A DNA stretch of 64,000 nucleotides, from assembly GCA_964565945.1 (NCBI GenBank), contig CAZMGY010000026.1, positions 472 to 64,471 on the forward strand. The letters run 5' to 3'. The position numbers and the translations under genes were made by a program. Numbering within the stretch: position 1 is the stretch's first letter; every line of letters starts with the position of its first letter. A model generated the notes under the pieces. The model searched no databases, had not been told where the DNA came from, and saw only the letters and a list, made by a program, of their open reading frames with translations. This document shows, one piece after another, positions 40,063 through 53,063 of this stretch. The DNA comes from an uncultured bacterium. Lineage in GTDB: Bacteria; GCA-001730085.

Positions 40063-42432
40063 GTGAGATCTTTTTTTTTAAGTATTTATGTATTTTCGGT
40101 GCTCATTAGTTCCGTTCTTTGGGGGCTAGCTGTGCCGAGCTTTGTCGGTGATATTAACTATATTCAACTAGGGAGCGACTATTTTCTCTCGTTTCGTTTG
40201 CCCGAAGAGACGAAGGAATACAGCCTTACACATCATAGTGTGAAATTTTCTATGCAAGGCAGCACCTTTAACGCCTATCAAGGGAAGAGTGTCTACCTTC
40301 TTCCAGAATTAAAGATTGATTGTTTGAAAGATCTAGCCATCGATAAGGATTATGCTAGGGCTTTGCTTCGTTTGATTATTGATTTGAATGAGGAGGAGAT
40401 CTTACGTCGCACTAAGGTCATGTTGCTCAATTCTCTAGTCAAGTTTATGGCATATATGTTGGACGATAGCGATGTGGAATCGATTATGAGGCCTTGGTTG
40501 CAAAACTTAACGTTTAGTTCGTTGGAGGAGGCCATTATTGTGTCGGATGTGGAATGGAAAGAGCGAGAGGGTTTTAATTTGATTCTTTTAGATCCATTCT
40601 ATATGGGTGATAACGTTTATTATGGTCCCGTTGTGTTCGAAAACAAGAATGTTCATTTGATTAAGCATACAAGTAAAGCTGCGAAGGATTCTGTGCTTCG
40701 TAAGTCTGGGCAGACGTATTTGTTTACTAATCATGCGTATTTGTTTACTAATCATGTTAATAATATTGAGATAAATGAATTGTTGAATGATTCTGAGCGG
40801 CAGGTTGTGGAAGATTTTTTAGCCATTAATATCCGAGAAACGATCTACTTAAAAAAGATCGAGCATCAAAAGTTACCAGATTTTTCTTCAATACTGGGAA
40901 CATATTGGCTTTCCCCGAAACATGTCGAAGAGTTTAGGCAATATGGGAATCAAGACAGGATTTGCGCCTTATATCATGAGTTGATTGCCGATGGTGTCGA
41001 AGAGGCCCGAGTTAAGGAATGGATGCTTCGTTTGATGGCTGCTTATTATCAAGATCCAGTGACCATGGAGCCTGTTATAGGAGAAGATAATGTTGTGCGC
41101 AAGATTGAGCCAAGTAAGGGGCATCGGATGGATATTAACGAAATACTCTATCTTGAACTGGCGATGAATGTGCTGATAGATGCTAGAAAACATTTGATTA
41201 AAGAAGAAAAGGATGTTCGTCGGCAGAGGGCTTTTTGGGGCATGGTCAATGTCAATCTAGAAAAGATTGTCCAAGGGATACATTTGATTCCACTAAGGTT
41301 CCATTCGAAGTTGATTTTTCATCGGGCTCAGCACTTGTGGTCGCAATTGACTTTTTTGTTCAATTGTCCCGAAATAGACTATTGGCAAAAGGTCCCAAAT
41401 AATCCAGCTTGGATGCCTCTAGAACAAGAGCAAGCTGCTTTTGATTTTTATGCCCAGCCCAGAAGGCGTAAGGATTTGAATATTTTGTATAAATGGATGT
41501 TTGATATATACGAACATCAGCATCCACCAAAGCATGTGATGGAGTTTTTGAATGCTCACCGCCAAACACATTTCTATCATCCTAAGTTCTGTAAGCTCGA
41601 CGGGAACATGACCTCTTGGTTAGGCTTAAAGCTTAAGAAAAAAAATATTCGAGAGCAGAGAGACTTCTTAGGATTGATGGAGGGTGCCGATCGGCGTTAT
41701 CGAAGCTATGGTATTCAAAGCGAATTGTGGTTTGAGCACTTAGCTAACAATATGGATAATTTTGAAGAGCTACTGCGTAATCACATGTTATTCTCCCCTT
41801 CGTCCCCAATGTTCGCTACAGTTTTAGCCGATTTGATTTATGTTACGTTTCTCTTGGAGAAACGGCCTAAGATTGCAAATGACAACATCGGACAAACGCT
41901 TCTTAAGATTTTGAAAGATCCTGAACAGTTTTCTCAATGGAACATAGAAACAATCCATGGACTTTTGGATGAAATTGTGCAAAAAACAAAGGGTGCTGGC
42001 TTTGACCAAGAGAATCCTCGTACGCTTGATGATCTCATAGGAGAAATGGGTTGGGGCAAAGGGTCTATGGAAAAGCCGACTTGGCAAAGTTTGTTTTTGT
42101 ATTTTGTTTTTCAAGATGAGAGACAAGATAATCTTCTAAATGTGCGTGTGCGTCAGAGTTTTGCACTTAGTGATAGGGAAGAGCCGATCTATATTGAACT
42201 TTCGCATGACTCTTACGATGCTTTAAAAGCAATGATCGAGGAATGGGGTTATGGTGATTATGAGCTTATTCTTAGTGATACGAAGCACGGGTTTCCAACT
42301 TCTCTCGTGATAACCGAAAATAACTATTTACGTGTTTTTCATTCGAGGTTTATCGACAAGGGACAACTTTATCTAAGGCCTAAAAGGGGATCCTCAACGC
42401 AGATCTATAAATTTATTTTTAAACAAGCTTAA
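40063..42432 (+). CDS. Hypothetical secreted protein (789 aa), ORFan
   Basis: GTG start with a hydrophobic signal-like N-terminus. No domain was recognised. Candidate promoter TTGATA-17-TGTTAAAAT at 40024-40056. A T9 tract lies at 40071-40079, within codons 3-6. Confidence 0.55.
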   Translation: MRSFFLSIYVFSVLISSVLWGLAVPSFVGDINYIQLGSDYFLSFRLPEETKEYSLTHHSVKFSMQGSTFNAYQGKSVYLLPELKIDCLKDLAIDKDYARALLRLIIDLNEEEILRRTKVMLLNSLVKFMAYMLDDSDVESIMRPWLQNLTFSSLEEAIIVSDVEWKEREGFNLILLDPFYMGDNVYYGPVVFENKNVHLIKHTSKAAKDSVLRKSGQTYLFTNHAYLFTNHVNNIEINELLNDSERQVVEDFLAINIRETIYLKKIEHQKLPDFSSILGTYWLSPKHVEEFRQYGNQDRICALYHELIADGVEEARVKEWMLRLMAAYYQDPVTMEPVIGEDNVVRKIEPSKGHRMDINEILYLELAMNVLIDARKHLIKEEKDVRRQRAFWGMVNVNLEKIVQGIHLIPLRFHSKLIFHRAQHLWSQLTFLFNCPEIDYWQKVPNNPAWMPLEQEQAAFDFYAQPRRRKDLNILYKWMFDIYEHQHPPKHVMEFLNAHRQTHFYHPKFCKLDGNMTSWLGLKLKKKNIREQRDFLGLMEGADRRYRSYGIQSELWFEHLANNMDNFEELLRNHMLFSPSSPMFATVLADLIYVTFLLEKRPKIANDNIGQTLLKILKDPEQFSQWNIETIHGLLDEIVQKTKGAGFDQENPRTLDDLIGEMGWGKGSMEKPTWQSLFLYFVFQDERQDNLLNVRVRQSFALSDREEPIYIELSHDSYDALKAMIEEWGYGDYELILSDTKHGFPTSLVITENNYLRVFHSRFIDKGQLYLRPKRGSSTQIYKFIFKQA
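40726..40767 (+). repeat. Perfect in-frame 21-bp tandem duplication (cgtatttgtttactaatcatg x2; YLFTNHA/YLFTNHV)
   Basis: Read directly from the sequence: 40726-40746 equals 40747-40767. Confidence 0.9.
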
Positions 42433-42554
42433 AAGGATCACTGATGAGGATCAATTCCTGGCTTGATTTTATCCTAATGTTATAGTATGATATCTTGGAT
42501 ACCTTTAGGGTTTCCCTATTAAAGTTTAAAGGAAAATCTAACAAAGAGGTTGTT

Positions 42555-45500
42555 ATGCCACGTTTTTTACCAAAAAAAGAAGGTTTATATCGCCCCGATT
42601 ATGAACATGATGCGTGTGGGGTGGGGTTTATTGCTCATCTCAAAGGACAAAAGTCACATGATATTGTGAGCAAAGGTATCGAATTATTGCTTAACTTGGA
42701 GCATCGTGGTGCGGTGGGTGCCGAACATAACTCTGGTGATGGAGCTGGTATTTTAATTCAATTGCCACACGCTTTTTTTCAATCCCTATCGGGTGAATTG
42801 GGGTTTGAGGTTCCTGAATTTGGTCATTATGGTGTCGGACAGGTTTTCTTGCCTCCTCAGGAAGATTTGCAAGCCCAATGTCGTGAAATTTTTGAATGTT
42901 GTGTGCGTGAATGTGGTCAAGAGGTCTTGGGATGGCGTTCAGTTCCTCAGGACAATTCGGTCTTAGGTAGCATGGTCAGAGAGCTTGAACCAGAAATGGC
43001 TCAGGTGTTCATTAAACGTGACGGAGGCTGTCCCGACGACTTGGCTTTTGAACGTAAGTTGTTTGTGATTCGCAAATACGCCCAAAATCAAATTTTAAAG
43101 CAGGTTAAAGGTGCCGATCAGTATTATTACGTTGGTTCACTGTCTTACAAGACGGTGGTTTACAAAGGTCAGTTGATCACCACTCAGTTAGCGGGCTTTT
43201 TTGATGATTTGCGCAATCCCGAAACAATCTCGGCGATTGCTTTGGTTCACAGTCGTTTTTCGACCAACACCTTTCCAAGTTGGCCTTTAGCGCAACCGTT
43301 TCGTTATTTGGCTCACAACGGTGAGATTAACACCCTGCGCGGGAACATCAATTGGATGCGAGCTCGTCAAAGTTTGTTTAAATCAAATGTGTTCACCGAG
43401 GACGAAATGAGCAAAATTTTACCCATTTTGGATGAGGATGGATCAGATTCGGCCGTTTTGGATAATGCAATTGAATTTTTGACCCTGGCAGGTCGTTCAT
43501 TGCCGCATGTGATGATGATGATGATTCCCGAAGCTTGGGAAAAACACACTGAAATGAACCCTGAACAAAGAGCTTTTTATGAATTTCATGCAACACTCAT
43601 GGAGCCTTGGGATGGACCCGCTTCGGTGATTTTCACCGATGGTCAATTTATTGGTGCAACCTTGGATCGTAACGGTTTGCGTCCTTCGCGCTATTGCTTA
43701 ACCAAAGATGATGTTTTGGTGATGGCTTCCGAGCAAGGTGCTTTGGAATTTGTGCCCGAAGATATTGTTCTTAAAGGGTGCTTGCAGCCAGGCAAAATGT
43801 TTTTAGCCGATCTTGAGCAAGGCTGGATTGTTCCCGATGTTGAAGTGAAAGCTCAGTTGGCGAATGCTCAGCCTTATGGAGAATGGATTGATCAACAAAA
43901 AATCGAGCTAAGTGATTTGCCTTTTGATTACCCCGTTAAACAGCCCGATCATGAGACGACTCTTAAACGCCAGAAGTGTTTTGGCTATAGCTTGGAAGAG
44001 CTAAGATTGCTTGTAGAACCAATGTTTAGCACTGGGTACGAAGCGATTGGGTCGATGGGTAATGATGCGCCAGTGGCGGTTTTGTCGGATAAGTCGATCA
44101 ATTTGTTCAACTATTTTCATCAACTTTTTGCTCAGGTGACCAATCCTCCGATTGATCCAATCCGTGAAGAAGCCATTATGAGCTTAACCACGTTTTTAGG
44201 ACCCCAAGGTAACATTTTGGATGAGAAGGATGAGCGTTACTTTGTCGAAATGCCTCAGCCATTGATCACTGATGAGCAAATGGCTCGTTTGAACGGAGCC
44301 AATACCGAATATTTGAAAGCGAAAACATTGCCGATGTTGTTTGATCCGAAAAAGGGAGGTCTTAAAATAGCTGTTGAAGCTTTGTGCGATGTTGCTGTCC
44401 AAGCGGTTCAGGAAGGCCATTCAGTGATTGTTCTTTCGGATCATTCTGTGAGTGCCAGCCAAGCGCCGATTCCTTCGCTATTAGCGACATCCGCGGTACA
44501 TCATCGTTTGATTAAAGCTGGATTAAGAACACAGTGTGGTTTGGTAATTGAGACGGGTGAGGCTCGTGAGGTTCATCATTTTGCTGTCTTGATTGGTTAT
44601 GGAGCCAATGCGATCAATCCATACTTGGTCTTTGAAAGTGTTAAAGATATGCAACAGCGTCACTATTTGGATGCGGAGATTAGCCAAGAACAAGCTGAAG
44701 CCAATTTTATTTATGCCGTGGGTAAAGGTTTATTAAAGATCATGTCTAAAATGGGTATCTCGACCGTTCAGTCCTACATGGGGGCGCAGATTTTTGAAGC
44801 GGTTGGATTAGGTGAAGAACTGATTGATAATTATTTCTGTGGAACAGCTTCGCGCATAGGTGGTATCGGTTTTGCCGAGCTTGAAGAAGAAACCTTGATT
44901 CGCCATCGTTTTGCCTATCCTTCGAAAGATACCGAGGGGGATCATACCGATATTGATGGCGGAGGTCAGTATCAGTGGAGACAACGAGGCGAGCGTCACT
45001 TATTCAGCCCAGATGTGGTGCATTTGTTACAACGTTCGGTGCGTCAAAACAATTATGACATGTATAAGCAGTTTACCGTTTTGGTTAACGATCAAAATAA
45101 ACAATTGTTAACCTTGCGTGGTTTGCTCGACTTCGATAATCGCGAATCAATTTCGCTGGATGAAGTTGAGCCGAGCGAAGCTATTTGCAAGCGTTTTGCG
45201 ACTGGTGCTATGTCTTACGGCTCAATTTCAATAGAAGCCCACACAACTTTGGCAATCGCTATGAACCGGATTGGTGGCAAAAGTAATACAGGTGAAGGGG
45301 GTGAAGATCCTAAGCGATTCGAGCCCATGGAGAACGGCGACAATGCCTGTTCTGCCATTAAACAAGTGGCTTCGGGACGTTTTGGCGTAACGTCCAATTA
45401 TCTTGTGCATTCCGAAGAAATTCAAATCAAGATTGCTCAGGGAGCTAAGCCTGGTGAGGGTGGTCAGCTACCTGGTTACAAAGTGGATGATATTATCGGT

Positions 45501-47075
45501 AAAGTTAGACATTCAACGCCTGGTGTTGGTCTGATATCACCTCCTCCTCATCATGACATTTACTCGATTGAGGATTTGGCTCAGTTGATTTTTGACCTTA
45601 AAAACTCAAACACTTCGGCGCGGATTAATGTAAAATTGGTGTCCGAGGTTGGTGTGGGAACTGTGGCTACTGGTGTGGCCAAGGCACACGCCGATGTGGT
45701 GTTGATTGCGGGCTACGACGGGGGAACAGGTGCTTCTCCGCAAACATCGATCAAGCATGCAGGTTTGCCTTGGGAGCTTGGTTTGGCCGAAACACATCAA
45801 ACACTTGTTAAAAATAAATTGCGCAACCGTATTGTGGTTCAGACCGATGGTCAAATTCGTACTGGACGTGATTTGGCAATTGCGACTCTTTTGGGTGCCG
45901 AGGAATGGGGTGTGGCCACTGCAGGATTGGTGGCTATCGGTTGTATTATGATGCGTAAGTGTCATTTGAATACCTGTCCAGTCGGGATTGCGACGCAAGA
46001 TAAAGATTTACGGGTTCTGTATCATGGTGAAGCTGATCATGTGGTGAACTACTTCCGTTTTATGGCCGAAGAGCTTCGGGAAATTATGGCCGAACTTGGT
46101 TTTCGCACGGTTAATGAAATGGTGGGACGCGTTGACAAGTTGAAAGCCCGTAAGGATGTTTCGCATTGGAAAGCCAAAACCTTGCGTTTGGAAGATTTGT
46201 TGCACAAAATGGCTGAAAGCCAAGATGGTCAAGATTTCTGTTATGAAACTCAAGATCATGGTTTGGAAACAGCTTTGGATTATGAACTTCTAGCCAAAGC
46301 GAAAGATGCGATTGAATCCAAAAAACCTGTTCAAGAGAACATTCATTTGCGCAATATCAATCGGACAGTCGGAACGATTTTATCGGCCGAGGTGACTCGG
46401 GCTCATGGCGAAGAAGGTTTAGCCGCCGATATGATTCATTTCAAAGCGACAGGAAGTGGTGGACAAAGTCTAGGAGCTTTCAGTGTTTCTGGAGTTACCT
46501 TTGAACTCGAGGGGGACGCTAACGATTATTTTGGCAAAGGGATGTGTGGAGGTCGTTTGATTCTTTATCCTCCCAAACAATCAACCTTTGTTCCCGATGA
46601 GAATGTAATTGTTGGCAACGTAGCCTTTTATGGAGCGACCAGTGGAGAATCTTATATTCGCGGATTGGCGGGCGAACGTTTTTGCGTAAGAAACTCTGGG
46701 GTTGAGGTGGTTGTTGAAGCTGTCGGGAATCATGGTTGTGAATATATGACGGATGGTCGTGTGATTATTTTGGGCGAGATCGGTCGTAACTTTGCTGCAG
46801 GGATGAGTGGTGGAATTGCTTATATCTTTGATGAGAACGATACCTTAACGCATCGCATCAATTCTGGCTTAGTTGATTTAGAACAGATTGAGGATGGTGA
46901 GGAATCTAGCTTTGTGAAAGGCAAGATTCAAAATCACTTCGATTACACAGGAAGTCGCAATGCAGAGCGTATTTTGCAAGATTGGGACATGAACAAAACT
47001 AAGTTTATCAAGGTTATGCCTCGCGATTACAAGAGAGTCTTGATGGAACGTCAACAGGTAGCGGCTTTTGCCTAA
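42555..47075 (+). CDS. gltB: Glutamate synthase large subunit
   Basis: N-terminal amidotransferase Cys (…[10 protein letters not shown]), then FMN and GXGXG domains. The ORF opens at 42495, but AAGAGG sits 6 nt before ATG 42555 (MPRFLPKK). Confidence 0.9.
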   Translation: MPRFLPKKEGLYRPDYEHDACGVGFIAHLKGQKSHDIVSKGIELLLNLEHRGAVGAEHNSGDGAGILIQLPHAFFQSLSGELGFEVPEFGHYGVGQVFLPPQEDLQAQCREIFECCVRECGQEVLGWRSVPQDNSVLGSMVRELEPEMAQVFIKRDGGCPDDLAFERKLFVIRKYAQNQILKQVKGADQYYYVGSLSYKTVVYKGQLITTQLAGFFDDLRNPETISAIALVHSRFSTNTFPSWPLAQPFRYLAHNGEINTLRGNINWMRARQSLFKSNVFTEDEMSKILPILDEDGSDSAVLDNAIEFLTLAGRSLPHVMMMMIPEAWEKHTEMNPEQRAFYEFHATLMEPWDGPASVIFTDGQFIGATLDRNGLRPSRYCLTKDDVLVMASEQGALEFVPEDIVLKGCLQPGKMFLADLEQGWIVPDVEVKAQLANAQPYGEWIDQQKIELSDLPFDYPVKQPDHETTLKRQKCFGYSLEELRLLVEPMFSTGYEAIGSMGNDAPVAVLSDKSINLFNYFHQLFAQVTNPPIDPIREEAIMSLTTFLGPQGNILDEKDERYFVEMPQPLITDEQMARLNGANTEYLKAKTLPMLFDPKKGGLKIAVEALCDVAVQAVQEGHSVIVLSDHSVSASQAPIPSLLATSAVHHRLIKAGLRTQCGLVIETGEAREVHHFAVLIGYGANAINPYLVFESVKDMQQRHYLDAEISQEQAEANFIYAVGKGLLKIMSKMGISTVQSYMGAQIFEAVGLGEELIDNYFCGTASRIGGIGFAELEEETLIRHRFAYPSKDTEGDHTDIDGGGQYQWRQRGERHLFSPDVVHLLQRSVRQNNYDMYKQFTVLVNDQNKQLLTLRGLLDFDNRESISLDEVEPSEAICKRFATGAMSYGSISIEAHTTLAIAMNRIGGKSNTGEGGEDPKRFEPMENGDNACSAIKQVASGRFGVTSNYLVHSEEIQIKIAQGAKPGEGGQLPGYKVDDIIGKVRHSTPGVGLISPPPHHDIYSIEDLAQLIFDLKNSNTSARINVKLVSEVGVGTVATGVAKAHADVVLIAGYDGGTGASPQTSIKHAGLPWELGLAETHQTLVKNKLRNRIVVQTDGQIRTGRDLAIATLLGAEEWGVATAGLVAIGCIMMRKCHLNTCPVGIATQDKDLRVLYHGEADHVVNYFRFMAEELREIMAELGFRTVNEMVGRVDKLKARKDVSHWKAKTLRLEDLLHKMAESQDGQDFCYETQDHGLETALDYELLAKAKDAIESKKPVQENIHLRNINRTVGTILSAEVTRAHGEEGLAADMIHFKATGSGGQSLGAFSVSGVTFELEGDANDYFGKGMCGGRLILYPPKQSTFVPDENVIVGNVAFYGATSGESYIRGLAGERFCVRNSGVEVVVEAVGNHGCEYMTDGRVIILGEIGRNFAAGMSGGIAYIFDENDTLTHRINSGLVDLEQIEDGEESSFVKGKIQNHFDYTGSRNAERILQDWDMNKTKFIKVMPRDYKRVLMERQQVAAFA

Positions 47076-47099
47076 GACAAGGAACAGGATAACAGAATT

Positions 47100-48587
47100 A
47101 TGGGTAACCCGACGGGATTTAAAGAATTTGATCGACAAACACCAGATTACGTGCCAGTTGAAGAACGTGTTGAACATTTTAATGATTTTATTCAACCGCT
47201 ATCTTCCGAAGAGCTTAAAAATCAGGCAGCGCGTTGTATGGATTGTGGCGTCCCTTTTTGTCACAGTGATTATGGTTGTCCTTTGGGCAATATTATTCCT
47301 GAGTTCAATGATTATGTGTATCGTGACTGCTGGGAAGAAGCTTTTCAAAGTTTGCTGTCGACCAACAATTTTCCTGAGTTTACAGGACGTATTTGTCCCG
47401 CGCCTTGCGAGTCGGCCTGTGTTCTGGGTATTATCAAACCACCTGTGACGATCAAAAATATCGAAGTGTCAATTAGTGATAAAGCCTACGAAATGGGCTA
47501 TATGAAACCTACTCCTCTGGCACATCGCACAGAAAAAAAAGTGGCTGTGATTGGATCGGGTCCCGCAGGATTGGCGGTCGCAGATCAGTTGAACAAAGCT
47601 AGGCACTTGGTCACCGTTTTTGAACGTGAAAATCGCATTGGTGGTTTGTTGATGTATGGCATTCCTAATTTTAAGCTGGAAAAATCAGTAGTTGATCGGC
47701 GTGTTAAGTTGATGGAAGAAGGAGGCATTAGGTTTCAAACCAATGCCAATGTAGGCGTTAATGTTGATGTGGCAGACCTCAAAAAGGATTTCGATGCGAT
47801 TGTTTTGGCTGGTGGATCGACCGAAGCACGTGACTTACCGATTGAAGGGCGTGATGCCGATGGTATTTATGTGGCAATGACTTTTTTAACCCAAAACACC
47901 AAACGTGTTTTGGGCGAAAAGATTCCTAAGGATCAAGAGATTTTGGCCACAGATAAGCACGTGATTGTGATCGGCGGTGGGGATACGGGCTCGGACTGTG
48001 TGGGGACGTCGATTCGTCAAAAAGCCGCTTCGGTGACTCAAATTGAATTGATGTCGCAACCTCCTGAAGAGAGAGATGCAACGATGCCTTGGCCTTTGTA
48101 TCCACGTATTTTTCGCATTTCGAGCTCTCAAGCCGAAGGATGTGACCGTGACTTTGCGGTGTTAACCAAAAAATTTATTAAAAATGACCAGGGTCAAGTG
48201 ACAGATTTGAGCTGTGTGCGGATTGAGTTGGAAACACCCGAGCCTGGACAAAGACCTGGTTTTAAAGAAGTGGAAGGTTCCGAGTTTGTGCTTAAAGCCG
48301 ACCTTGTTCTTTTGGCGATGGGTTTTGTTCATCCTGAGCACAAAGGTCTTTTGGAGCATTTGGGCGTGGAGAAAGATGAGCGTGGTAATGTGAAAGCTGA
48401 CGGTCAATACGCCACAAGTGAAGGTGGTGTTTTTGTAGCGGGAGATATGCATCGAGGTCAGTCCTTAGTGGTTTGGGCGATTTCAGAAGGACGTGAATGT
48501 GCTTACCATGTTGATGAGTTCCTGATGGGGCATAAGTCGCGCCTTTACCAAAAAAACCATTCATTTTCGGAGCAAAAAGCAGTATAG
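47100..48587 (+). CDS. gltD: Glutamate synthase small subunit (NADPH)
   Basis: N-terminal Fe-S cysteine clusters plus two Rossmann motifs (VAVIGSGPAGL, VIVIGGGDTGSD). Confidence 0.9.
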   Translation: MGNPTGFKEFDRQTPDYVPVEERVEHFNDFIQPLSSEELKNQAARCMDCGVPFCHSDYGCPLGNIIPEFNDYVYRDCWEEAFQSLLSTNNFPEFTGRICPAPCESACVLGIIKPPVTIKNIEVSISDKAYEMGYMKPTPLAHRTEKKVAVIGSGPAGLAVADQLNKARHLVTVFERENRIGGLLMYGIPNFKLEKSVVDRRVKLMEEGGIRFQTNANVGVNVDVADLKKDFDAIVLAGGSTEARDLPIEGRDADGIYVAMTFLTQNTKRVLGEKIPKDQEILATDKHVIVIGGGDTGSDCVGTSIRQKAASVTQIELMSQPPEERDATMPWPLYPRIFRISSSQAEGCDRDFAVLTKKFIKNDQGQVTDLSCVRIELETPEPGQRPGFKEVEGSEFVLKADLVLLAMGFVHPEHKGLLEHLGVEKDERGNVKADGQYATSEGGVFVAGDMHRGQSLVVWAISEGRECAYHVDEFLMGHKSRLYQKNHSFSEQKAV

Positions 48588-48605
48588 CTGGGGGATGGAA
48601 AACAT

Positions 48606-49703
48606 ATGGAAACCACCAAAGCGTTAGTGGTTTTAGAGGATGGATTTGTCTTTGAAGGCGAGTCTATTAGTGTATCTGGAGAGATCTGTGGCGAAATGGT
48701 TTTCAATACCTCAATGACGGGGTATCAGGAAATTCTGACCGATCCGTCTTATGCGGGGCAAATTGTTACGATGACCTATCCTTTGATCGGTAATTATGGT
48801 GTCAATGCAGAGGATGTGGAATCCGATCGGGTTCAAGTGCGTGGTTTTCTTATGAAGGAATACAGCGAAATTTATTCCAATCATCGAGCCACGCAAAGCT
48901 TAGCTGATTATTTGAAAGAAAATAATATTTTAGCGGTGCAAGGCATTGACACGCGTAAGCTCACCAAGCATTTGCGTGAAAAGGGTGCTATGCGAGGGAT
49001 TATCTCGACCGAGGATTCGGACATAAATTTCTTGCTTGCCAAGGTGCAATCATCTCCGTTGATGGAAGGCCAAGACTTTGTTCAACACGTGACGACTGAT
49101 AAGTCTTATGTGGTTGAAGCGCAAGGGGACAAAAACTACACGGTCGCGGCTCTCGATTGTGGAATTAAGCGCAATATTCTTCGTATTTTTAGCGAAATGG
49201 GCTGTGAGGTTCATGTGTTTCCCGCCCGTGCAACGGTTGATGATTTGTTAGGTGTTAGTCCTGATGGCTTTTTTATTTCCAATGGGCCTGGTGATCCTGC
49301 GGCTGTGACATATGCTGTCGAAACAATTAGAAAGTTGTTGGGGGAAAAGCCTATGTTTGGTATTTGTTTGGGGCATCAAATTTTGTCGCTGGCTTTAGGG
49401 AAAACAACCTATAAGCTTAAGTTTGGCCATCGCGGAGCCAATCATCCTGTGCAAGATGTAAGCAATGGTCAAGTGGCCATTTCGTCGCAAAACCACGGGT
49501 TTTGTGTTCACTCAGAGACACTCAAAAGCGATGAAGTTCAGGTCAGTCATTGGAATCTTAATGACAAAACGGTGGCGGGGATTCGTCATATGAAATGGCC
49601 GGTTCTGGCGGTGCAGTATCATCCCGAAGCTTCTCCGGGACCTCAAGAAGCTCGGGTGCTGTTTGAAGAATTTATGGAAATGATGGACAACGAACGCATC
49701 TAA
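48606..49703 (+). CDS. carA: Carbamoyl-phosphate synthase small subunit
   Basis: CPSase small-subunit N-domain followed by a GATase-1 domain (GICLGHQ…H…E). Confidence 0.9.
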   Translation: METTKALVVLEDGFVFEGESISVSGEICGEMVFNTSMTGYQEILTDPSYAGQIVTMTYPLIGNYGVNAEDVESDRVQVRGFLMKEYSEIYSNHRATQSLADYLKENNILAVQGIDTRKLTKHLREKGAMRGIISTEDSDINFLLAKVQSSPLMEGQDFVQHVTTDKSYVVEAQGDKNYTVAALDCGIKRNILRIFSEMGCEVHVFPARATVDDLLGVSPDGFFISNGPGDPAAVTYAVETIRKLLGEKPMFGICLGHQILSLALGKTTYKLKFGHRGANHPVQDVSNGQVAISSQNHGFCVHSETLKSDEVQVSHWNLNDKTVAGIRHMKWPVLAVQYHPEASPGPQEARVLFEEFMEMMDNERI

Positions 49704-49760
49704 TTTGAGAGATGTTCGCAGGCCGATAACGTCTTAATTATTAATGAGGAAGCATGCCAA

Positions 49761-52700
49761 ATGCCAAAGAGAACAGACATTCAGAAAATTTTAATCATTG
49801 GATCAGGTCCTATTGTGATTGGTCAAGCCTGTGAATTTGATTATTCGGGAACTCAGGCATGTAAGGCTCTTCGCGAAGAAGGGTACGAAGTTGTTTTGGT
49901 GAACTCCAATCCAGCCACGATTATGACTGATCCTGAATTGGCTGACCACACCTATATTGAACCGATCGAAGCTTCGGTTATGTCCAAGATTATCGAAAAA
50001 GAACGTCCCGATGCTTTGCTTCCGACACTTGGTGGGCAAACAGGTCTCAATGTGGCAATGCGATTGGTGGAGTCGGGGGTTTTAGACAAATTTGATGTCA
50101 AAATGATTGGAGCGAATGCCGCTGCGATTAAAAAAGCTGAAGATCGCGAACGTTTCAAAGAAGCCATGGAAAGTATTGGTTTAGAATTAGCCAAAAGTTT
50201 TTTTGCCTACAATATGGATGATGCACGCAAAATTGCTGAGAAAATGGGCTTTCCTTGCATTATTCGCCCCAGCTATACACTTGGAGGCCGTGGCGGAGGG
50301 ATTGCAACCTCAATGGAAGAATTTGAAAAAATAGCCGCCTTAGGTTTAGAAAGTAGCCGTATTCAGAAAATATCGATCGAAGAATCCATTTTAGGTTGGA
50401 AAGAATACGAGCTTGAGGTCATGCGTGACACTAAGGACAATGTTGTGATCGTTTGTTCAATCGAAAACTTGGATCCGATGGGGGTTCACACGGGCGATAG
50501 CATTACCGTAGCACCAGTGCAAACTTTAACTGATGTTGAGTATCAAGAGATGCGCAATGCAGCCATTGCTATCATTCGTGAAATTGGGGTTGAAACAGGG
50601 GGTTCCAATGTTCAGTTTGCCCTTAATCCTAAAGATGGTCGTTTGATTGTGATAGAGATGAACCCGCGTGTGTCACGTTCTTCGGCATTAGCCAGTAAAG
50701 CGACAGGTTTTCCGATTGCTAAAATTGCGGCCAAATTGGCCGTTGGTTATACCTTGGATGAACTTCAAAACGATATCACTCGCAAAACTCCTGCGTGTTT
50801 TGAACCGACCATTGATTATTGCGTGATCAAAATTCCTCGGTTCACTTTTGAAAAATTTCCCGAAGCAGGTGATGCCTTGGGGATTTCGATGAAGTCGGTA
50901 GGAGAAACTATGGCAATTGGGCGAACTTTTAAGGAGTCTTTGCAAAAAGGTTTGCGTGGTTTAGAGATTGGGCACTATGGTTTGGATAATAAGTTGGACT
51001 TTCGTGAGATTGATCTGGAGAAGTTGATGGATCGTTTAACCGTGCCGAATGCTTCCCGTATTTTCTATTTAAAGTATGCTTTCCAAGGAGGGATGACGGT
51101 TGAGGACTTGGCTGAGCATACCAAAATTGATCCTTGGTTTTTGCATAACATCAAGCAAATTGTTGACTTGGAAAATCTTATCGTGCAAGAGTATCAAGGT
51201 TCAGAGACATTAAGTCGAGCGACTTTGCAAAAAGCTAAAGAGTATGGATTTGGCAATTATCAGCTGTCATTGTTGTTGGACGTTTCGGAAAATGAAGTGA
51301 GGCGTCTTTTTAAGGATGAGGGTGTTCAGGTCGTTTATAAGTTGGTGGATACCTGTGCTGCCGAATTTGAAGCTTACACCCCTTATTATTATTCTACGTA
51401 TGAAGACGAAGATGAGGCTAAAAAGTCCGATAACAAGAAAGTGGTTATTTTAGGTGGGGGGCCTAATCGGATTGGTCAGGGAATTGAATTTGATTATTGT
51501 TGCTGTCATGCCGCGTTTGCATTGAAAGATTTGGGTTACGAGTCAATTATGGTGAATTCGAATCCCGAGACAGTGTCGACGGATTATGATACATCTGACC
51601 GATTGTACTTTGAGCCACTCACCTTTGAAGATGTCATGAACATTATGAACGTAGAAAAGCCAGATGGTGTGATTATTCAGTTTGGTGGGCAAACACCACT
51701 CAACTTGGCACGTCAGCTGGAAGATGCTGGTGTTCCTATTATTGGAACTAAAGTTGCCTCGATTGAAGTAGCTGAATGTCGCGAACAGTTTGCCGCTATG
51801 ATGGATAAGTTGGGGATTCGCCAGCCGAAAAATGGGATTGCGTATTCCCTAAATGAAGCGTTCAAACAAGCGCAAGAGATTGGATTTCCATTGTTGGTTC
51901 GTCCGTCTTATGTGTTAGGTGGGCGCGCAATGAGAATTCTTTATTCCAAAGATGAGTTAAAAGATTTTTTTGACGAAGCCAAACAAGCCTCCAAAGAGGG
52001 GTCTGTGCTGATTGATCAGTTCTTAGAGTCGGCCATCGAGGTGGATGTGGACGCTTTGAGCGATGGGGAGGATTGTTTTGTGGTTGGCATTATGGAGCAT
52101 ATTGAGGGGGCTGGGATTCATTCTGGTGATTCGGCCTGTGTATTACCTAGCCAAACTTTGAGCACAGAAATTTTAGAAGAGATTGAGGTGTCCACCAAGA
52201 ATATAGCTAAAAAGCTTAATGTGATTGGTTTGCTTAATATTCAATTTGCGGTACGCAACAAGCAGCTCTATATTATCGAAGTAAATCCCCGCGCTTCGCG
52301 AACTGTGCCTTTTGTGAGCAAAATGACAGGCAATCCTTTGGCTAAAAAAGCCATTAAGCTTATGCTTGGAGCTAAACTGAAGGACTTAACTTTGCACCCC
52401 GCGATCCCTAACGGATATGTGGGCATTAAAGAATCTGTGTTGCCATTTTCCCGTTTCTCTGGGGTTGATATTGTGTTGGGACCAGAGATGAAATCGACTG
52501 GAGAAGTGATGGGAATTGCGGCTACTTATGGAGAAGCCTTTGCCAAAGCTCAAATGGCGGCTGGACAATACTTGCCCAAAAAAGGTTTTGTCTTTGTGAG
52601 TGTGAATGATCACGACAAAGAGGGGATTATTCCGGTGGCGCAGAAGCTAGAGGATTTAGGTTTTCAAATATTATCAACGCCAGGGACAGCTCGTGTGATT

Positions 52701-52982
52701 AAGCAAGCGGGTGTTAAGGTTCGTGAGATTTCTTCGATCACGCCTGACAAAGAGGATTTGTTGGATATGATTGAAAAAGGTAAAATTCGCTTAGTTATCA
52801 ATACCCCCTCGGGGCAGAAAAGCCAGACGGATATGAAAAAAATTCGAGCCAGTGCGGTGATGCATGATATTCCTTCGATCACAACCATTCAAGGCGCGTG
52901 CGCCGCGATTAAGGCAATCGAACATATCAAGCAAAATGATATCTGCGTTAAGACTATCCAGGAGTACCATTCCGTTTTGTAG
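49761..52982 (+). CDS. carB: Carbamoyl-phosphate synthase large subunit
   Basis: 1073 aa with duplicated ATP-grasp halves, an oligomerisation domain and a C-terminal MGS-like domain. Confidence 0.95.
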   Translation: MPKRTDIQKILIIGSGPIVIGQACEFDYSGTQACKALREEGYEVVLVNSNPATIMTDPELADHTYIEPIEASVMSKIIEKERPDALLPTLGGQTGLNVAMRLVESGVLDKFDVKMIGANAAAIKKAEDRERFKEAMESIGLELAKSFFAYNMDDARKIAEKMGFPCIIRPSYTLGGRGGGIATSMEEFEKIAALGLESSRIQKISIEESILGWKEYELEVMRDTKDNVVIVCSIENLDPMGVHTGDSITVAPVQTLTDVEYQEMRNAAIAIIREIGVETGGSNVQFALNPKDGRLIVIEMNPRVSRSSALASKATGFPIAKIAAKLAVGYTLDELQNDITRKTPACFEPTIDYCVIKIPRFTFEKFPEAGDALGISMKSVGETMAIGRTFKESLQKGLRGLEIGHYGLDNKLDFREIDLEKLMDRLTVPNASRIFYLKYAFQGGMTVEDLAEHTKIDPWFLHNIKQIVDLENLIVQEYQGSETLSRATLQKAKEYGFGNYQLSLLLDVSENEVRRLFKDEGVQVVYKLVDTCAAEFEAYTPYYYSTYEDEDEAKKSDNKKVVILGGGPNRIGQGIEFDYCCCHAAFALKDLGYESIMVNSNPETVSTDYDTSDRLYFEPLTFEDVMNIMNVEKPDGVIIQFGGQTPLNLARQLEDAGVPIIGTKVASIEVAECREQFAAMMDKLGIRQPKNGIAYSLNEAFKQAQEIGFPLLVRPSYVLGGRAMRILYSKDELKDFFDEAKQASKEGSVLIDQFLESAIEVDVDALSDGEDCFVVGIMEHIEGAGIHSGDSACVLPSQTLSTEILEEIEVSTKNIAKKLNVIGLLNIQFAVRNKQLYIIEVNPRASRTVPFVSKMTGNPLAKKAIKLMLGAKLKDLTLHPAIPNGYVGIKESVLPFSRFSGVDIVLGPEMKSTGEVMGIAATYGEAFAKAQMAAGQYLPKKGFVFVSVNDHDKEGIIPVAQKLEDLGFQILSTPGTARVIKQAGVKVREISSITPDKEDLLDMIEKGKIRLVINTPSGQKSQTDMKKIRASAVMHDIPSITTIQGACAAIKAIEHIKQNDICVKTIQEYHSVL

Positions 52983-53063
52983 CATTCTTCATTAGAAGAT
53001 CTTTACTCTTTTAACAAAATCAGGTACTATGTGGTTCGCTTTAAAACAGTGGGGTGTGTGTGA

